Shown one piece after another: positions 38,616-48,571 of a stretch of 64,000 bases of DNA. Within the stretch, counting starts at the first letter, position 1. Each line of letters opens with the position of its first letter. Location: contig JAVVGF010000001.1 in the NCBI GenBank assembly GCA_032249235.1, positions 352,001 to 416,000 of the forward strand, written 5' to 3'. The notes below the pieces were generated by a model. That model was not told the origin of the DNA. It ran no database searches and saw only the letters and a list, made by a program, of their open reading frames with translations. A program made the position numbers and the translations under genes. Source of the DNA: Thermoproteota archaeon. Lineage in GTDB: Archaea; Thermoproteota; Thermoprotei; Gearchaeales; Gearchaeaceae.

Positions 38616-40385
38616 ATGACAATTCCTGAAGAGGAGGTAATATCAACGAATCGTTATCTTTTTGAATGGGTTTATTCTGTTGCTTCTTTAACTAAGCCAT
38701 CACGTATTTATTGGTGTGACGGTAGTGAAGAAGAATATAATAGTTTGATTAAAGAAATGGTATCTAAAGGTATTCTTATTGAGCTAAATCAAGAATTATT
38801 TCCTGGTTGTTATCTCCATAGAAGTGATCCTAATGATGTCGCTAGGACTGAAGAATCAACTTTCATTTGTACAAGTAACAAAGATGATGCAGGGCCTACA
38901 AATAATTGGATGCCTATAGAAAAGGCTAAAGCAATCCTATATGGTATATTAAAGGATTCTATGAGAGGTAAAACAATGTATGTTGTTCCCTATGTTTTAG
39001 GTCCAATAAATTCTCCATACTCACGAGTAGGTATTCAAATAACTGATAGTCCATACATCGTAGTCAATTTAAGAATTTTAACGAGAATGGGAAGAGTTGC
39101 TCTTTCTAAGCTTGGAAATTCAAAAAATTTCGTAAAAGGAATACATGCTACATGCAATCTAGATCCTAAATATAGATTCATTTGTCATTTTCCTGATGAA
39201 AAGTTAATCATAAGCGTCAATACAAACTATGGCGGCAATGCAATACTCAGTAAAAAATGTCATGCACTTAGAATAGCAAGTTACGAAGCAAAAAACGAAG
39301 GATGGTTAGCTGAGCATATGCTCGTTGTAGGAATTGAAGATCCTAATGGTCGTCTTCATTATATTAGTGGAGCATTTCCAAGTGCTAGTGGTAAAACTAA
39401 TTTAGCAATGCTTAAGCCGAGAGGAATTTTCAAAGATTGGAAAGTTTGGACCTTAAGTGATGATATTGCATGGTTGCATATCGATAAAGATGGAAAATTA
39501 AGGGCTATAAATCCTGAAGCTGGTTTTTTTGCTGTTGCAGTTGGAACAAATTATAATACAAATCCAAATATGATGGAAGCTATAAAAAAGAATACAATTT
39601 TCACAAACGTAGCAATGACAATTGATAGAGAGCCTTGGTGGGAAGGACTTGAGGAACCAAATAAAATAATATATGATTGGAGAGGTGAGCTATGGAATAG
39701 AATAAGGCCTGCAGCTCATCCTAATTCAAGATTTACAGTATCTGCTAAACAATATCCTAGCTTATCTCCCAATTTTGAAGATCCAGAAGGTGTTGTAATC
39801 TCAGCAATCTTATTTGGTGGTAGGAGAAGGAAAACAATCCCTCTTGTTTTTGAAGCTTTTGATCCAATACATGGAGTGCTAATTGGTGCGATGTTGAGAG
39901 CAGAAACAACAGCTGCAGCAAGCGGAAAAGTAGGTGTTGTAAGAAATGATCCAATGGCTATGTTGCCTTTTTGTGGATATAATATGGCTGATTACTTTTC
40001 ACACTTTCTTGAGACTATTAAAAAATTGAGTATGCCTCCTAAATTCTTCAATGTGAATTGGTTCAGAACAGATCAAAATGGAAGATACTTATGGCCTGGC
40101 TTTCAAGAAAACATTCGTGTAATTAAATGGATTATACAGAGGATTGAAGGAGAAGCGGATGCTGAAGAAACCCCAATAGGTTATGTTCCTACTTTAGATT
40201 CGCTTGATCTTACAGGCTTGAATATATCTAAAGAAGACTTAAAGGAATTGCTTTCTATAAATGAAAGAGAATGGCTGAGCGAATTCGAGGAAGTTGAGAA
40301 ATTCTTTAATATATTCGGTGAGCGATTTCCTAAAGAGCTGTGGACAAAATTTTACGAAATAAAATCCAGATTAGGAAGAAAATGA
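38616..40385 (+). CDS. pckG: Phosphoenolpyruvate carboxykinase (GTP)
   Basis: DPNDVARTE, YGGNA, KKCHALR, WLAEHM, FPSASGKTNLAM, DDIAW, INPEAGFF, HPNSRF, DPMAMLPF. Confidence 0.95.
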   Translation: MTIPEEEVISTNRYLFEWVYSVASLTKPSRIYWCDGSEEEYNSLIKEMVSKGILIELNQELFPGCYLHRSDPNDVARTEESTFICTSNKDDAGPTNNWMPIEKAKAILYGILKDSMRGKTMYVVPYVLGPINSPYSRVGIQITDSPYIVVNLRILTRMGRVALSKLGNSKNFVKGIHATCNLDPKYRFICHFPDEKLIISVNTNYGGNAILSKKCHALRIASYEAKNEGWLAEHMLVVGIEDPNGRLHYISGAFPSASGKTNLAMLKPRGIFKDWKVWTLSDDIAWLHIDKDGKLRAINPEAGFFAVAVGTNYNTNPNMMEAIKKNTIFTNVAMTIDREPWWEGLEEPNKIIYDWRGELWNRIRPAAHPNSRFTVSAKQYPSLSPNFEDPEGVVISAILFGGRRRKTIPLVFEAFDPIHGVLIGAMLRAETTAAASGKVGVVRNDPMAMLPFCGYNMADYFSHFLETIKKLSMPPKFFNVNWFRTDQNGRYLWPGFQENIRVIKWIIQRIEGEADAEETPIGYVPTLDSLDLTGLNISKEDLKELLSINEREWLSEFEEVEKFFNIFGERFPKELWTKFYEIKSRLGRK

Positions 40386-40891
40386 ATGTATTGGATTTTC
40401 TACTGAAAGCTTATGAAATGAAAGAACTTAAAAGAACTGGATGGGTAAAAAAAGTCAATATAGCTGAGGCTGAAACTGTCGCGAGTCATACATTTGGAAT
40501 GATGCTCATTGCAAGCCTATTTTTTGATGATCCTGAACTATATAAATTAATAATTTTACACGATTTACCAGAAGTTATTATTGGAGATCTTACACCAGAA
40601 GAAAAGTTTTCAGGAATAGAAAAAGCTGAATACGATGCTTTCCTTAAATTAATTCAAAATTTAGATGAAGAAAAAAGAAGGACATTCGTTGAATTATTTA
40701 AAAAGAGTCAAAAAAATCAGATTTTAAAAGAAATTGATAAATTGGATATGGCTATACAAGCTTTATATTATAAAAATAAAGGTTATTCTAAAGAAAAACT
40801 CAAAGAATTTATCATTAGTGCACAGGAATACATTAAAAGTCCAAAATTAAGAGAAATTTTAGAAGAAGTTAAGGAGAGGTTTGAGAAATAA
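40382..40891 (+). CDS. HD-domain hydrolase (YfbR/HDDC2-like)
   Basis: LKRTGW, ETVASH, HDLPEV..GD.TP, DKLDM; ATGA overlap with pckG. Confidence 0.85.
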   Translation: MNVLDFLLKAYEMKELKRTGWVKKVNIAEAETVASHTFGMMLIASLFFDDPELYKLIILHDLPEVIIGDLTPEEKFSGIEKAEYDAFLKLIQNLDEEKRRTFVELFKKSQKNQILKEIDKLDMAIQALYYKNKGYSKEKLKEFIISAQEYIKSPKLREILEEVKERFEK

Positions 40892-42797
40892 CTTTTCTAA
40901 TTTCTTCGATTGAATCAGGATTCTCGAGTACTGATATTTCTCCTAATTCTTTATTCAAGAAAACGTTCCTGATTATTCTTCTCATTATTTTTCCTGATCT
41001 CGTTTTAGGTAGGTCTTTAACAAAATATATCCTGCTTGGTTCAAAGGATTTACCGATCTCTTTTATCACCTTCTCTCTTATTTCATTCTCAATCTTTTTA
41101 TAATCTTCATAACCCTTTTTAAGTACTACAAAACATGCTATTTCTTCTCCTTTTAATTCGTGAGGAATACCTATGCATGCTGATTCAGAAACTGCATAAT
41201 GATTATTTATTGCTCCTTCGATTTCAGCCGGTCCTATTCTTTTACCTGCAACTTTAATTGTATCGTCAGCTCTTCCTAATAAATACCAAAATCCATCTTC
41301 ATCGATCAAAGCAAGATCTCCATGATACCATATCGAAGGATATTTGCTCCAGTATGTTTCTATATATCTTTTTTCATCCTTCCAAAATCCTTTAGTCATC
41401 GAAGGTGCAGGTTTTTTACAAACTAAATAGCCGACTTTACCTCTTACAGGATTACCTTCATCATCGAATACATCGACGTCCATTCCAAGACCAGGACCCC
41501 AAAGCGTTGAAGGTTTTAATTCTACAACAGGAGAAGGCAATAAGAAGCATCCGAATATTTCTGTTCCTCCAGAAAGATTGATGAAAGGTCTTTTCTCTTC
41601 ACCTATATCTTTCATTATCCAAAGCCATGTATCTGGGTCAATAGGTTCTCCTGTATTTCCAAAAGTCCTTATGCTACTTAAGTCTCTATTCTTTGCTATT
41701 TTAGATCCATATCTTTTAAGAATCCTCGCTACAGTAGCTGCGAATCCAAAAGCTGTTACATGGCTATCTTCTATTATTCTCCATATCCTATCTTGTTCAG
41801 GATAGTCTATTGCTCCTTCAAATATCACATGTGTAGCATGTAATGTTTGAGAACCTATAATTTGCCAAGGACCCATCATCCAACCAATATCTGTAATCCA
41901 AAATAGCGTTCCATTTTCTTTCAAATCCATGTTGAAATAAATCTCTTTGGTAGGTTGCAACAAAGCACCTATATGGGTTATTATACTACCCTTTGGCTTA
42001 CCTGTTGTTCCAGAAGTATATAATAAAAGTGCAGGATCCTCTGCATTAGTTTGTTCATGTTCTTCAAATCTTTCTCTCTTCAATGCTTCATCGAAGTATT
42101 GGTCATTTTCATCTAAAGAAATTTCTAAGCCTATTCGCCTTACTATGAGACGTTTAATATTGAGATTTGAAAGCTTTACTGCTTCATCAGACATTTTCTT
42201 CAATTCAATAATTTTACCTCTTCGATAATATCCATCGCATGTAACTAGCAATTTTGGTTCTGCATCGCTCAATCTTTGTGCAACTGCGCTAGGTGAGAAT
42301 CCTGAAAATATAGGAGCGAATATAGCACCTACTTTAAGCGTAGCGAATAATGTTATTATCGTTTCAGGTATCATAGGTAAATATGTGGCTATTACGTCTC
42401 CTTTTTTAATGCCTATTTCTTTGAAGTAACCTGCAAGCCTAGCTACTTTGTCTTTTAATTCAAAATAACTCACTTTTTTTACTTCGCCATTTTCACCATA
42501 CCATATGAAAGCTGTTTTATCTGTCTTATGTCTATCTAAAGCATTATATGTTACATTAACTTTTCCACCGATGAACCATCTAGCCCATTCAACACCTTTT
42601 GAAATGTCTAATACTTCTTTGTAATCTTCAAAAAATTCAATATTCAAAGGTTCAATTATTTCAGACCAAAATTTTCTTATATTTTCGCAACTATATTTTA
42701 CAAAATCCTTGTAGCTTTTATAATTCTTTTTGTCCAAATATTCTTTTACATTAGATTCTTCAATAACCTCTCTCGGTGGTTTCCAAATATATGTCAT
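40869..42797 (-). CDS. AMP-forming acyl-CoA synthetase (acetate-CoA ligase-like)
   Basis: YTSGTTGKPKG, TDIGWMMG, TGEP, SGGTE, HGD, GRADD.IKVAGKRIG, LPKTRSGKIMRR. Confidence 0.9.
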   Translation of the reverse strand: MTYIWKPPREVIEESNVKEYLDKKNYKSYKDFVKYSCENIRKFWSEIIEPLNIEFFEDYKEVLDISKGVEWARWFIGGKVNVTYNALDRHKTDKTAFIWYGENGEVKKVSYFELKDKVARLAGYFKEIGIKKGDVIATYLPMIPETIITLFATLKVGAIFAPIFSGFSPSAVAQRLSDAEPKLLVTCDGYYRRGKIIELKKMSDEAVKLSNLNIKRLIVRRIGLEISLDENDQYFDEALKRERFEEHEQTNAEDPALLLYTSGTTGKPKGSIITHIGALLQPTKEIYFNMDLKENGTLFWITDIGWMMGPWQIIGSQTLHATHVIFEGAIDYPEQDRIWRIIEDSHVTAFGFAATVARILKRYGSKIAKNRDLSSIRTFGNTGEPIDPDTWLWIMKDIGEEKRPFINLSGGTEIFGCFLLPSPVVELKPSTLWGPGLGMDVDVFDDEGNPVRGKVGYLVCKKPAPSMTKGFWKDEKRYIETYWSKYPSIWYHGDLALIDEDGFWYLLGRADDTIKVAGKRIGPAEIEGAINNHYAVSESACIGIPHELKGEEIACFVVLKKGYEDYKKIENEIREKVIKEIGKSFEPSRIYFVKDLPKTRSGKIMRRIIRNVFLNKELGEISVLENPDSIEEIRKVISQTSP

Positions 42798-42832
42798 TAA
42801 TATTAAAATCGCTTGGGAATAATATACAATTT

Positions 42833-43693
42833 ATGAAGATTGGTTTTATAGGCTTAGGAAGAATGGGAAGCAGAATGGCAATGAACTTATTGAAACGTTT
42901 CAGAGAAATCAATGTATATAATCGAACCTATGAAAAAGCTAAGCCTTTACTGAATGCAGGTGCAAAATTTTTTAAATCACCAAAAGAGCTTGCAAAGAAC
43001 TCAGATTGTATAATAACAATGCTTCGTGATTCGAATGCTGTAAAATGGGCATTATTAAGTGAAGAAGGTGCTTTTAATGGGGCGAATAAGGGGTCTTATT
43101 TCATCGACATGAGTACTATTCAACCAAAGGTTTCAATTGAATTAGCAATGGAAGCAAGCAAAAGAGGTTTTCATTTCATCGATGCTCCAGTAATAGGGAG
43201 TATCGATCAAGCTGCTGAAGGAACATTAACCATTGTATGTGGCGGTGCGAAAGAAGACTTTGAAAAAGTTTTACCAATTCTTCAAGCGATGGGCAAGAAT
43301 ATATTCTATGTAGGGCCTTCTGGCTCGGGTTCTAAGTTAAAGCTTATAAACAATACCTTAATTGCTAATTTCCCTGCTATATTTTCAGAGATTATTACGA
43401 TTGCTAAGAGAGCAGGCTTAGATGAAAAAATAACGTTAGATGTATTGAAGAGCGGAATATTTGGCAAGGCAATTGAATATTACGAAAAAAGAGTGGTAGG
43501 TAAAGATTTCACTACTAGATTTGCTCTTGATTTAATGCTAAAAGACATAAAATATGCAAGGGAACTTGCTGAAGATTTCGATGCTAAACCCTATATTTTA
43601 TCTAAACTCGAAGAATTATATGAGGCAGCTTGGAATAAAGGATGGAAGGATCTCGATTATACTGCTATAGCTCTACTTTATGAAGATTGTTAA
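42833..43693 (+). CDS. NAD(P)-dependent beta-hydroxyacid dehydrogenase (3-hydroxyisobutyrate dehydrogenase family)
   Basis: GFIGLGRMG, YNRT, DMST, DAPVIGS, KLINN, FALDLMLKD. Confidence 0.88.
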   Translation: MKIGFIGLGRMGSRMAMNLLKRFREINVYNRTYEKAKPLLNAGAKFFKSPKELAKNSDCIITMLRDSNAVKWALLSEEGAFNGANKGSYFIDMSTIQPKVSIELAMEASKRGFHFIDAPVIGSIDQAAEGTLTIVCGGAKEDFEKVLPILQAMGKNIFYVGPSGSGSKLKLINNTLIANFPAIFSEIITIAKRAGLDEKITLDVLKSGIFGKAIEYYEKRVVGKDFTTRFALDLMLKDIKYARELAEDFDAKPYILSKLEELYEAAWNKGWKDLDYTAIALLYEDC

Positions 43694-43709
43694 TTAAAAA
43701 TTTTTTAGA

Positions 43710-44843
43710 TCAATTTGGATCTAATTTTAAAATTTCTTTTTTAATTTTTTCTACTGTTTTTTCTTCATCAACAATTCTCACAACTTTATATCCAGATATT
43801 TCTAACAATTTTATGATTAATGCTTTGAACTTTTTTCCTTTTTGATTACTTTTTCTCATGAATAGTGCTTCAAATGGAATACCCAAATTTGTTAGCTCTT
43901 CTTGCGTTACTTCTCTCATAGCTTCAGGCCTATTGGTAATTATAACTATCTTCCTGTTATTCTTGAAATATTCTTCATCGATTTCTCTTATCCTTTCTTC
44001 TATAGGGATATCTAAATTCAGATATTTTTCGCTATAGAATATTTTGAAGAACTCTTCTTTAGTTTTTTTATCGAGATTATTGTAACTAGATACCTTTAAT
44101 TCTTCCAAGCATGCTTTCTTTCTTTCCTCCACATTGAACAATACATTATCTATCTCACATACTACTATTTCAGAATCTTTTTCTATATCTAACTCCAATG
44201 GTTTGCATATTTCTTTGTAAGGGCATCTTATGCAAGTGCTATATTCTCCTTTAATTGCTGCTTCCTTAATGGGCGGCAACTTTTTTGATATATGATAATG
44301 CAATGTTAGCGTTCTTTCTTTCAATATTTCATAATACTTTTTATCTTTAGAAATCTCAAAGACTTTCTTTCTACCAGCCCGCTTATCCCAATATAATAGA
44401 AATCCTCTTTCAATGTTCAAAGCATGTAAATAGCACTGAAGTTGCATTATATGTCTTTGAAGAGGCTCATTAGGTATTTTAGAAATAGTTTTGAGTTCTA
44501 CAATGACCTTTTGACCTTCGAAATCAGCGATTATTATATCAGCCTTGCCATGAAGCATTGCTTCATCGAAATTAAGACTTACCTCATATTCTACTGCTTC
44601 TACTTTCAAACTTTCATTTAGAACTTTAGCAAGCATTTCATGTACACCTTTACCTGTTAGGAAAATGGTTAGTTCTTCTTCAGTTGGTTCCTTTTCCTCA
44701 AAAAACTCATAATATTGCTTTCTCAAACATTCTCCTATTGATGAAGGATAATATTTGCCTATAACTTTCTCATGTTCCTCTTTTTCTTTTTCATAAATTA
44801 TTCTTATACCTTTATTTACTGCTTCGAGGAATTTCTCTGCCAC
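43710..44843 (-). CDS. Solo Cas4-like PD-(D/E)xK nuclease fused to a C-terminal HAD (PNKP-phosphatase-like) domain
   Basis: PSSIGECLRKQYY, GKGVHE, GKADII, VELKT, QLQCY, CIRCPYKEIC; C-terminal CEIDNVL...IITNRP...LFMR...VDE. Confidence 0.8.
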   Translation of the reverse strand: MAEKFLEAVNKGIRIIYEKEKEEHEKVIGKYYPSSIGECLRKQYYEFFEEKEPTEEELTIFLTGKGVHEMLAKVLNESLKVEAVEYEVSLNFDEAMLHGKADIIIADFEGQKVIVELKTISKIPNEPLQRHIMQLQCYLHALNIERGFLLYWDKRAGRKKVFEISKDKKYYEILKERTLTLHYHISKKLPPIKEAAIKGEYSTCIRCPYKEICKPLELDIEKDSEIVVCEIDNVLFNVEERKKACLEELKVSSYNNLDKKTKEEFFKIFYSEKYLNLDIPIEERIREIDEEYFKNNRKIVIITNRPEAMREVTQEELTNLGIPFEALFMRKSNQKGKKFKALIIKLLEISGYKVVRIVDEEKTVEKIKKEILKLDPN

Positions 44844-44923
44844 TATGTATTTTATAGATTACCTTTATTATTTCTTAAAGAAAAAGCCCTAGGCTTTTAT
44901 TCATCGTAGCATATAGCTTTATT

Positions 44924-45760
44924 GTGAATAAGAATCAAAGGTTATTAATGCTTCTCAATTATTTTTCTAAGTTAAAGACTGCTATAGATCTCGAGGATGT
45001 AAATATGATAATCGAAGATTTAAATCTCGATAATCTTAAAGCAGGATCATTTCATTTTAAGTTTGGTCTCTTAAGCATTAATGAGAAAAACATCTATGAG
45101 AAATTAAAATATGCAAAATTCAATGAAAAATTAATAGAATATTCTAAACTAATTTTAAATTATCTTCAAAAAAATTCATCTGCAAATTTAATTTGTATTA
45201 CGGGCTCTTTAGCATATAGAGATGCAAGACCATGGCAAGATATTGATTTAATGATTTTGTCTAAAAGGAAGAACTTAATGAAAACTTTACTTAAAATATT
45301 GATATTGAATAGAAAGTTAGTCTGGAATAAATCAAAGGTAAAACTATGCATTAATTTTGTTTGTTCTATTGAGAAATTTCCTGAAGTAATAAATAATTCA
45401 TGTTCTGCATTGGTTGCATTCGACTTAATAAAAGCGATTCCTTCAAATCCTGAATTATATTATTCGCTTTTAAATAATACAAATTGTATAAAAAAATATT
45501 TTAAAATAAATTATGAAATGAAATTTTCATCAAACTTGAAAATTAGAACTTCAAGTTATTCATTAACAGATATTATATTATATATTTTTCTTTTTATATA
45601 TTTTAAATTTATAAATTACATAAGAAATTTAAAGTTATTGAAAAAACGTTTCTATATTAATTTATTTAATTATGAATATAAGCCTGATCTTTTTATGATT
45701 AAATCAGTTAAATATGAAATATTAAAAAAAGAGTTTGAAAAAATATTTCTAGATTTCTAG
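44924..45760 (+). CDS. Hypothetical protein with a nucleotidyltransferase-like motif
   Basis: ICITGSLAY...DIDLMIL (GS...DxD of Pol beta-type NTases), later LCINF; very AT-rich. Confidence 0.65.
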   Translation: MNKNQRLLMLLNYFSKLKTAIDLEDVNMIIEDLNLDNLKAGSFHFKFGLLSINEKNIYEKLKYAKFNEKLIEYSKLILNYLQKNSSANLICITGSLAYRDARPWQDIDLMILSKRKNLMKTLLKILILNRKLVWNKSKVKLCINFVCSIEKFPEVINNSCSALVAFDLIKAIPSNPELYYSLLNNTNCIKKYFKINYEMKFSSNLKIRTSSYSLTDIILYIFLFIYFKFINYIRNLKLLKKRFYINLFNYEYKPDLFMIKSVKYEILKKEFEKIFLDF

Positions 45761-45772
45761 AAATCTAAGCTA

Positions 45773-45781
45773 TTATAAATA
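45773..45781 (+). promoter_or_regulatory. Putative TATA box of the radical SAM/GT2 unit
   Basis: TTATAAATA 20-28 nt upstream of GTG 45801. Confidence 0.35.
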
Positions 45782-45800
45782 TTTTCAATAACCGTAGCAT

Positions 45801-47252
45801 GTGGCTATAGATTGCTTGCTAATAAATCCTTATTTCTTAAAATTTGATCCCCAACAAAGGAAGCAGCGAAGCCCATATGAACCTTTAGGTTTACTTTATA
45901 TAGGAAAGGTTCTGAAACATTCAGGTTTTCGTGTTCAATTATTAGATTGTACTTTCTTAAATTCTCTTGAAGAAGCTAAAGAATCAATTAAATCTCTGAT
46001 GCCTCCAGTAATAGGTATATCAAGTAAGATAACTTTGACCAAATATGTTCGTGAATTCATCAATTATTCTAAGAGATTAGGCATAACTGTTGTTGTAGGC
46101 GGCCCAGATGCTTCTTTAAGACCTCAGAAATATATTATCTTAGGTGCAGATTATGTTGTAGTTGGCGAGGGTGAAGATACAACAAAAGAACTTCTTTCAA
46201 AGCTTCTAAAAAATGAAGAGGTCAAAGATGTCAAGGGTATTGTATATAAAGAAAATGAAAGGCTCATAGAAACCCCTCCAAGACCTTTTATAAGGAATTT
46301 AGATTTTCTAGGCTCTCCTGATAGATCGCTTATAGATGAATATAAGTATCGAGATGTTTGGCTTGAAGATCATGGTTTTGCAATGTCTACTGTGATGACT
46401 AGCAGAGGTTGTCCTTATGCATGCAATTTTTGCAGTAATCCCATAACTCCTTTTGGGAGAAGATATACATATAGATCAGCTAAAAACGTAGTTGATGAAC
46501 TCGAGGAGCTTGTAAATAAATATGGATTCAATAGAATTTGGTTTGCAGATGATGTTTTCACGATTAACAGAGAAAGGACAATAGCGCTTTGTAAAGAAAT
46601 ATTAGATAGAGGTCTTGAATTCAAATGGAGTTGTCTTACTAGAGCTGATAGAGTAGATGAAGAATTGCTCAAGTTAATGAAGGCTGCAGGTTGTGAACAA
46701 ATTTTTTATGGTTTAGAAAGTGGCGCTCAAGAAATGTTGGATGCGATGAATAGGAATATGAAAGTAGAAGTGATGAGAAAAGGTTTGTTGAAGACTAAAA
46801 GGATTGGAATTCGTATTCATACTTTCGTAATAGTGGGGTATCCGGGTGAACGCTATGAAACTTTATTGAAGACTTTAGATTTTATGAAAGAAATTCTTCC
46901 TGATGAATATAGTTTTACTATAGCTTATCCTTTGCCTGGAACTAAGCTTTATGATCTAGTAGACTTTAAAGATGATCCAGATTCTGAATGGGAATCTCCT
47001 AACGAAAATAGATTGCTTTTTAAAAGCGATATGCCTCAATCTGCTTTGAAATTATTCATAAGAAAGACTAGATTAGAAATTGCATTGAGAAGAAGATTTA
47101 AAAAATCAAATCTAGCTGAAAAAATAATTAATAAGAGTACAAATTTAATATTAAAATTATTAACTTTAAGAGCTGGAAAGTACAATTGGCATACTAGAAA
47201 TCAAATTATATCAAATTATTTGAAATATGAAAAGAAAATGCGTTTCAGATGA
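45801..47252 (+). CDS. B12-binding domain radical SAM protein (class B methyltransferase-like)
   Basis: PLGLLYI, VVGGPD, VVGEGEDT, TSRGCPYACNFC, ADDVF, GLESG, GYPGE, YPLPGT. Confidence 0.9.
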   Translation: MAIDCLLINPYFLKFDPQQRKQRSPYEPLGLLYIGKVLKHSGFRVQLLDCTFLNSLEEAKESIKSLMPPVIGISSKITLTKYVREFINYSKRLGITVVVGGPDASLRPQKYIILGADYVVVGEGEDTTKELLSKLLKNEEVKDVKGIVYKENERLIETPPRPFIRNLDFLGSPDRSLIDEYKYRDVWLEDHGFAMSTVMTSRGCPYACNFCSNPITPFGRRYTYRSAKNVVDELEELVNKYGFNRIWFADDVFTINRERTIALCKEILDRGLEFKWSCLTRADRVDEELLKLMKAAGCEQIFYGLESGAQEMLDAMNRNMKVEVMRKGLLKTKRIGIRIHTFVIVGYPGERYETLLKTLDFMKEILPDEYSFTIAYPLPGTKLYDLVDFKDDPDSEWESPNENRLLFKSDMPQSALKLFIRKTRLEIALRRRFKKSNLAEKIINKSTNLILKLLTLRAGKYNWHTRNQIISNYLKYEKKMRFR

Positions 47253-48211
47253 ATAGATTTAATATTATTATACCTGTCTATAATGAAGGAAATAATTTAA
47301 AATTCTTAATTCCTTATATATTAAGCTTAAATATCAATAATTTAGAGAAGATTTATATAGTAGATTCTAATTCTACTGATAACACATATCAAATAATAAA
47401 TTCTTTTATGAGAAAATTTCCAAACATTGTATATATAAGAGAAGAAACGAGGAATGGGAAATCTAGCGCTATTAATAAAGCCTTAAAGCACATTAAGGAA
47501 GGTATTGTTGTTGTTCATTCTGCAGATTGCCTTACAACTAAAGAGTCTTTGTTAAAGTTGGTCAATGCTATTAAAAATGATGTTGGGGCTTCAATGCTTT
47601 GTGCTGAACCGGTAATAGAAAATAATTCAATAGATGAGAAGATATCATATTACTCATGGATTATATCGAATGAAACTTGTTATGAACTATCAAAAATGGG
47701 CATTCTTCGACATATTGGTAACGATATATTTGCTTTTAAAAGAGAAATAATAGATGAAATAAAAGAGAACGTCGTTAATGATGATTCATATATAGCTTTG
47801 AAGATAACAATGAAAGGCTTTAAAATTGTTTTTCTTAGTGATGCGAAAGTTAAAATTAAGGCTACTTCAAATTTTCATGACTATTTAAAGCAAAGACTTA
47901 GAATAAATTATGGTCATAAAGTTAATAAAAAAATTACTAATATGTATTCAACAACTTTAAAGAATTTATTTTTTATCAAGCCTAACATTGCTTTTAAAAT
48001 ATTATTTAGAAGTCTAATTAAATATTTTCCTGAATCAATTTTTTATATCCCTCTTCTCGTATTCATAGAAGTGATTTCCGAGCTTTTCTTATTACTAAGG
48101 CTATATAGTTTTGATTTTATCAGATGGCCTATAGCTTACTCTACAAAAGATATCTTTAAATTAAATGAAAATGTCATAAAAAATTATGGTCGTAGTAGAA
48201 TGGAAAAATGA
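47249..48211 (+). CDS. Glycosyltransferase family 2
   Basis: IIPVYNEG, VDSNSTDNT, GKSSAIN, SAD, NDD, QRLR; ATGA overlap with the radical SAM gene. Confidence 0.85.
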   Translation: MNRFNIIIPVYNEGNNLKFLIPYILSLNINNLEKIYIVDSNSTDNTYQIINSFMRKFPNIVYIREETRNGKSSAINKALKHIKEGIVVVHSADCLTTKESLLKLVNAIKNDVGASMLCAEPVIENNSIDEKISYYSWIISNETCYELSKMGILRHIGNDIFAFKREIIDEIKENVVNDDSYIALKITMKGFKIVFLSDAKVKIKATSNFHDYLKQRLRINYGHKVNKKITNMYSTTLKNLFFIKPNIAFKILFRSLIKYFPESIFYIPLLVFIEVISELFLLLRLYSFDFIRWPIAYSTKDIFKLNENVIKNYGRSRMEK

Positions 48212-48569
48212 AGAATACATTGGAATAGATTCCAAAGGAAATAAAATCAAGCTCGCAGGTAATAATTTTTCGCCCATGGAGCTTGTCCTTGTTGCATTGG
48301 CAGGATGTACAGCTATTGATGTTGTGGAAATTTTGAAGAAAATGAGAAAGAATGTAGAAAGTCTTAAAGTTGAAGTTACAGGAGAGAGAAATGAGGATCA
48401 TCCTAGATATTGGAAAAAAGCCAAGATCTATTATGAAGTTAAGGGCTTTGATATTAATGAAGAGGATGTTGAAAAAGCGATAAGATTATCGATGACTACT
48501 TATTGTTCAGTAGCAGCTACGATTTCTGGCAAAACTGAAATTTCTTATTCTTATAAATTAATTAAATAA
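48186..48569 (+). CDS. OsmC family protein
   Basis: SPMELVLVALAGCTAIDV...YCSV. Confidence 0.9.
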   Translation: MVVVEWKNEEYIGIDSKGNKIKLAGNNFSPMELVLVALAGCTAIDVVEILKKMRKNVESLKVEVTGERNEDHPRYWKKAKIYYEVKGFDINEEDVEKAIRLSMTTYCSVAATISGKTEISYSYKLIK

Positions 48570-48571
48570 AC

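Noticed and set aside
43710-44843. CRISPR-Cas locus implied by the Cas4-like gene
   Set aside because: No cas1/cas2 or effector genes and no repeat-spacer array seen in the window; treated as a solo Cas4-like nuclease.
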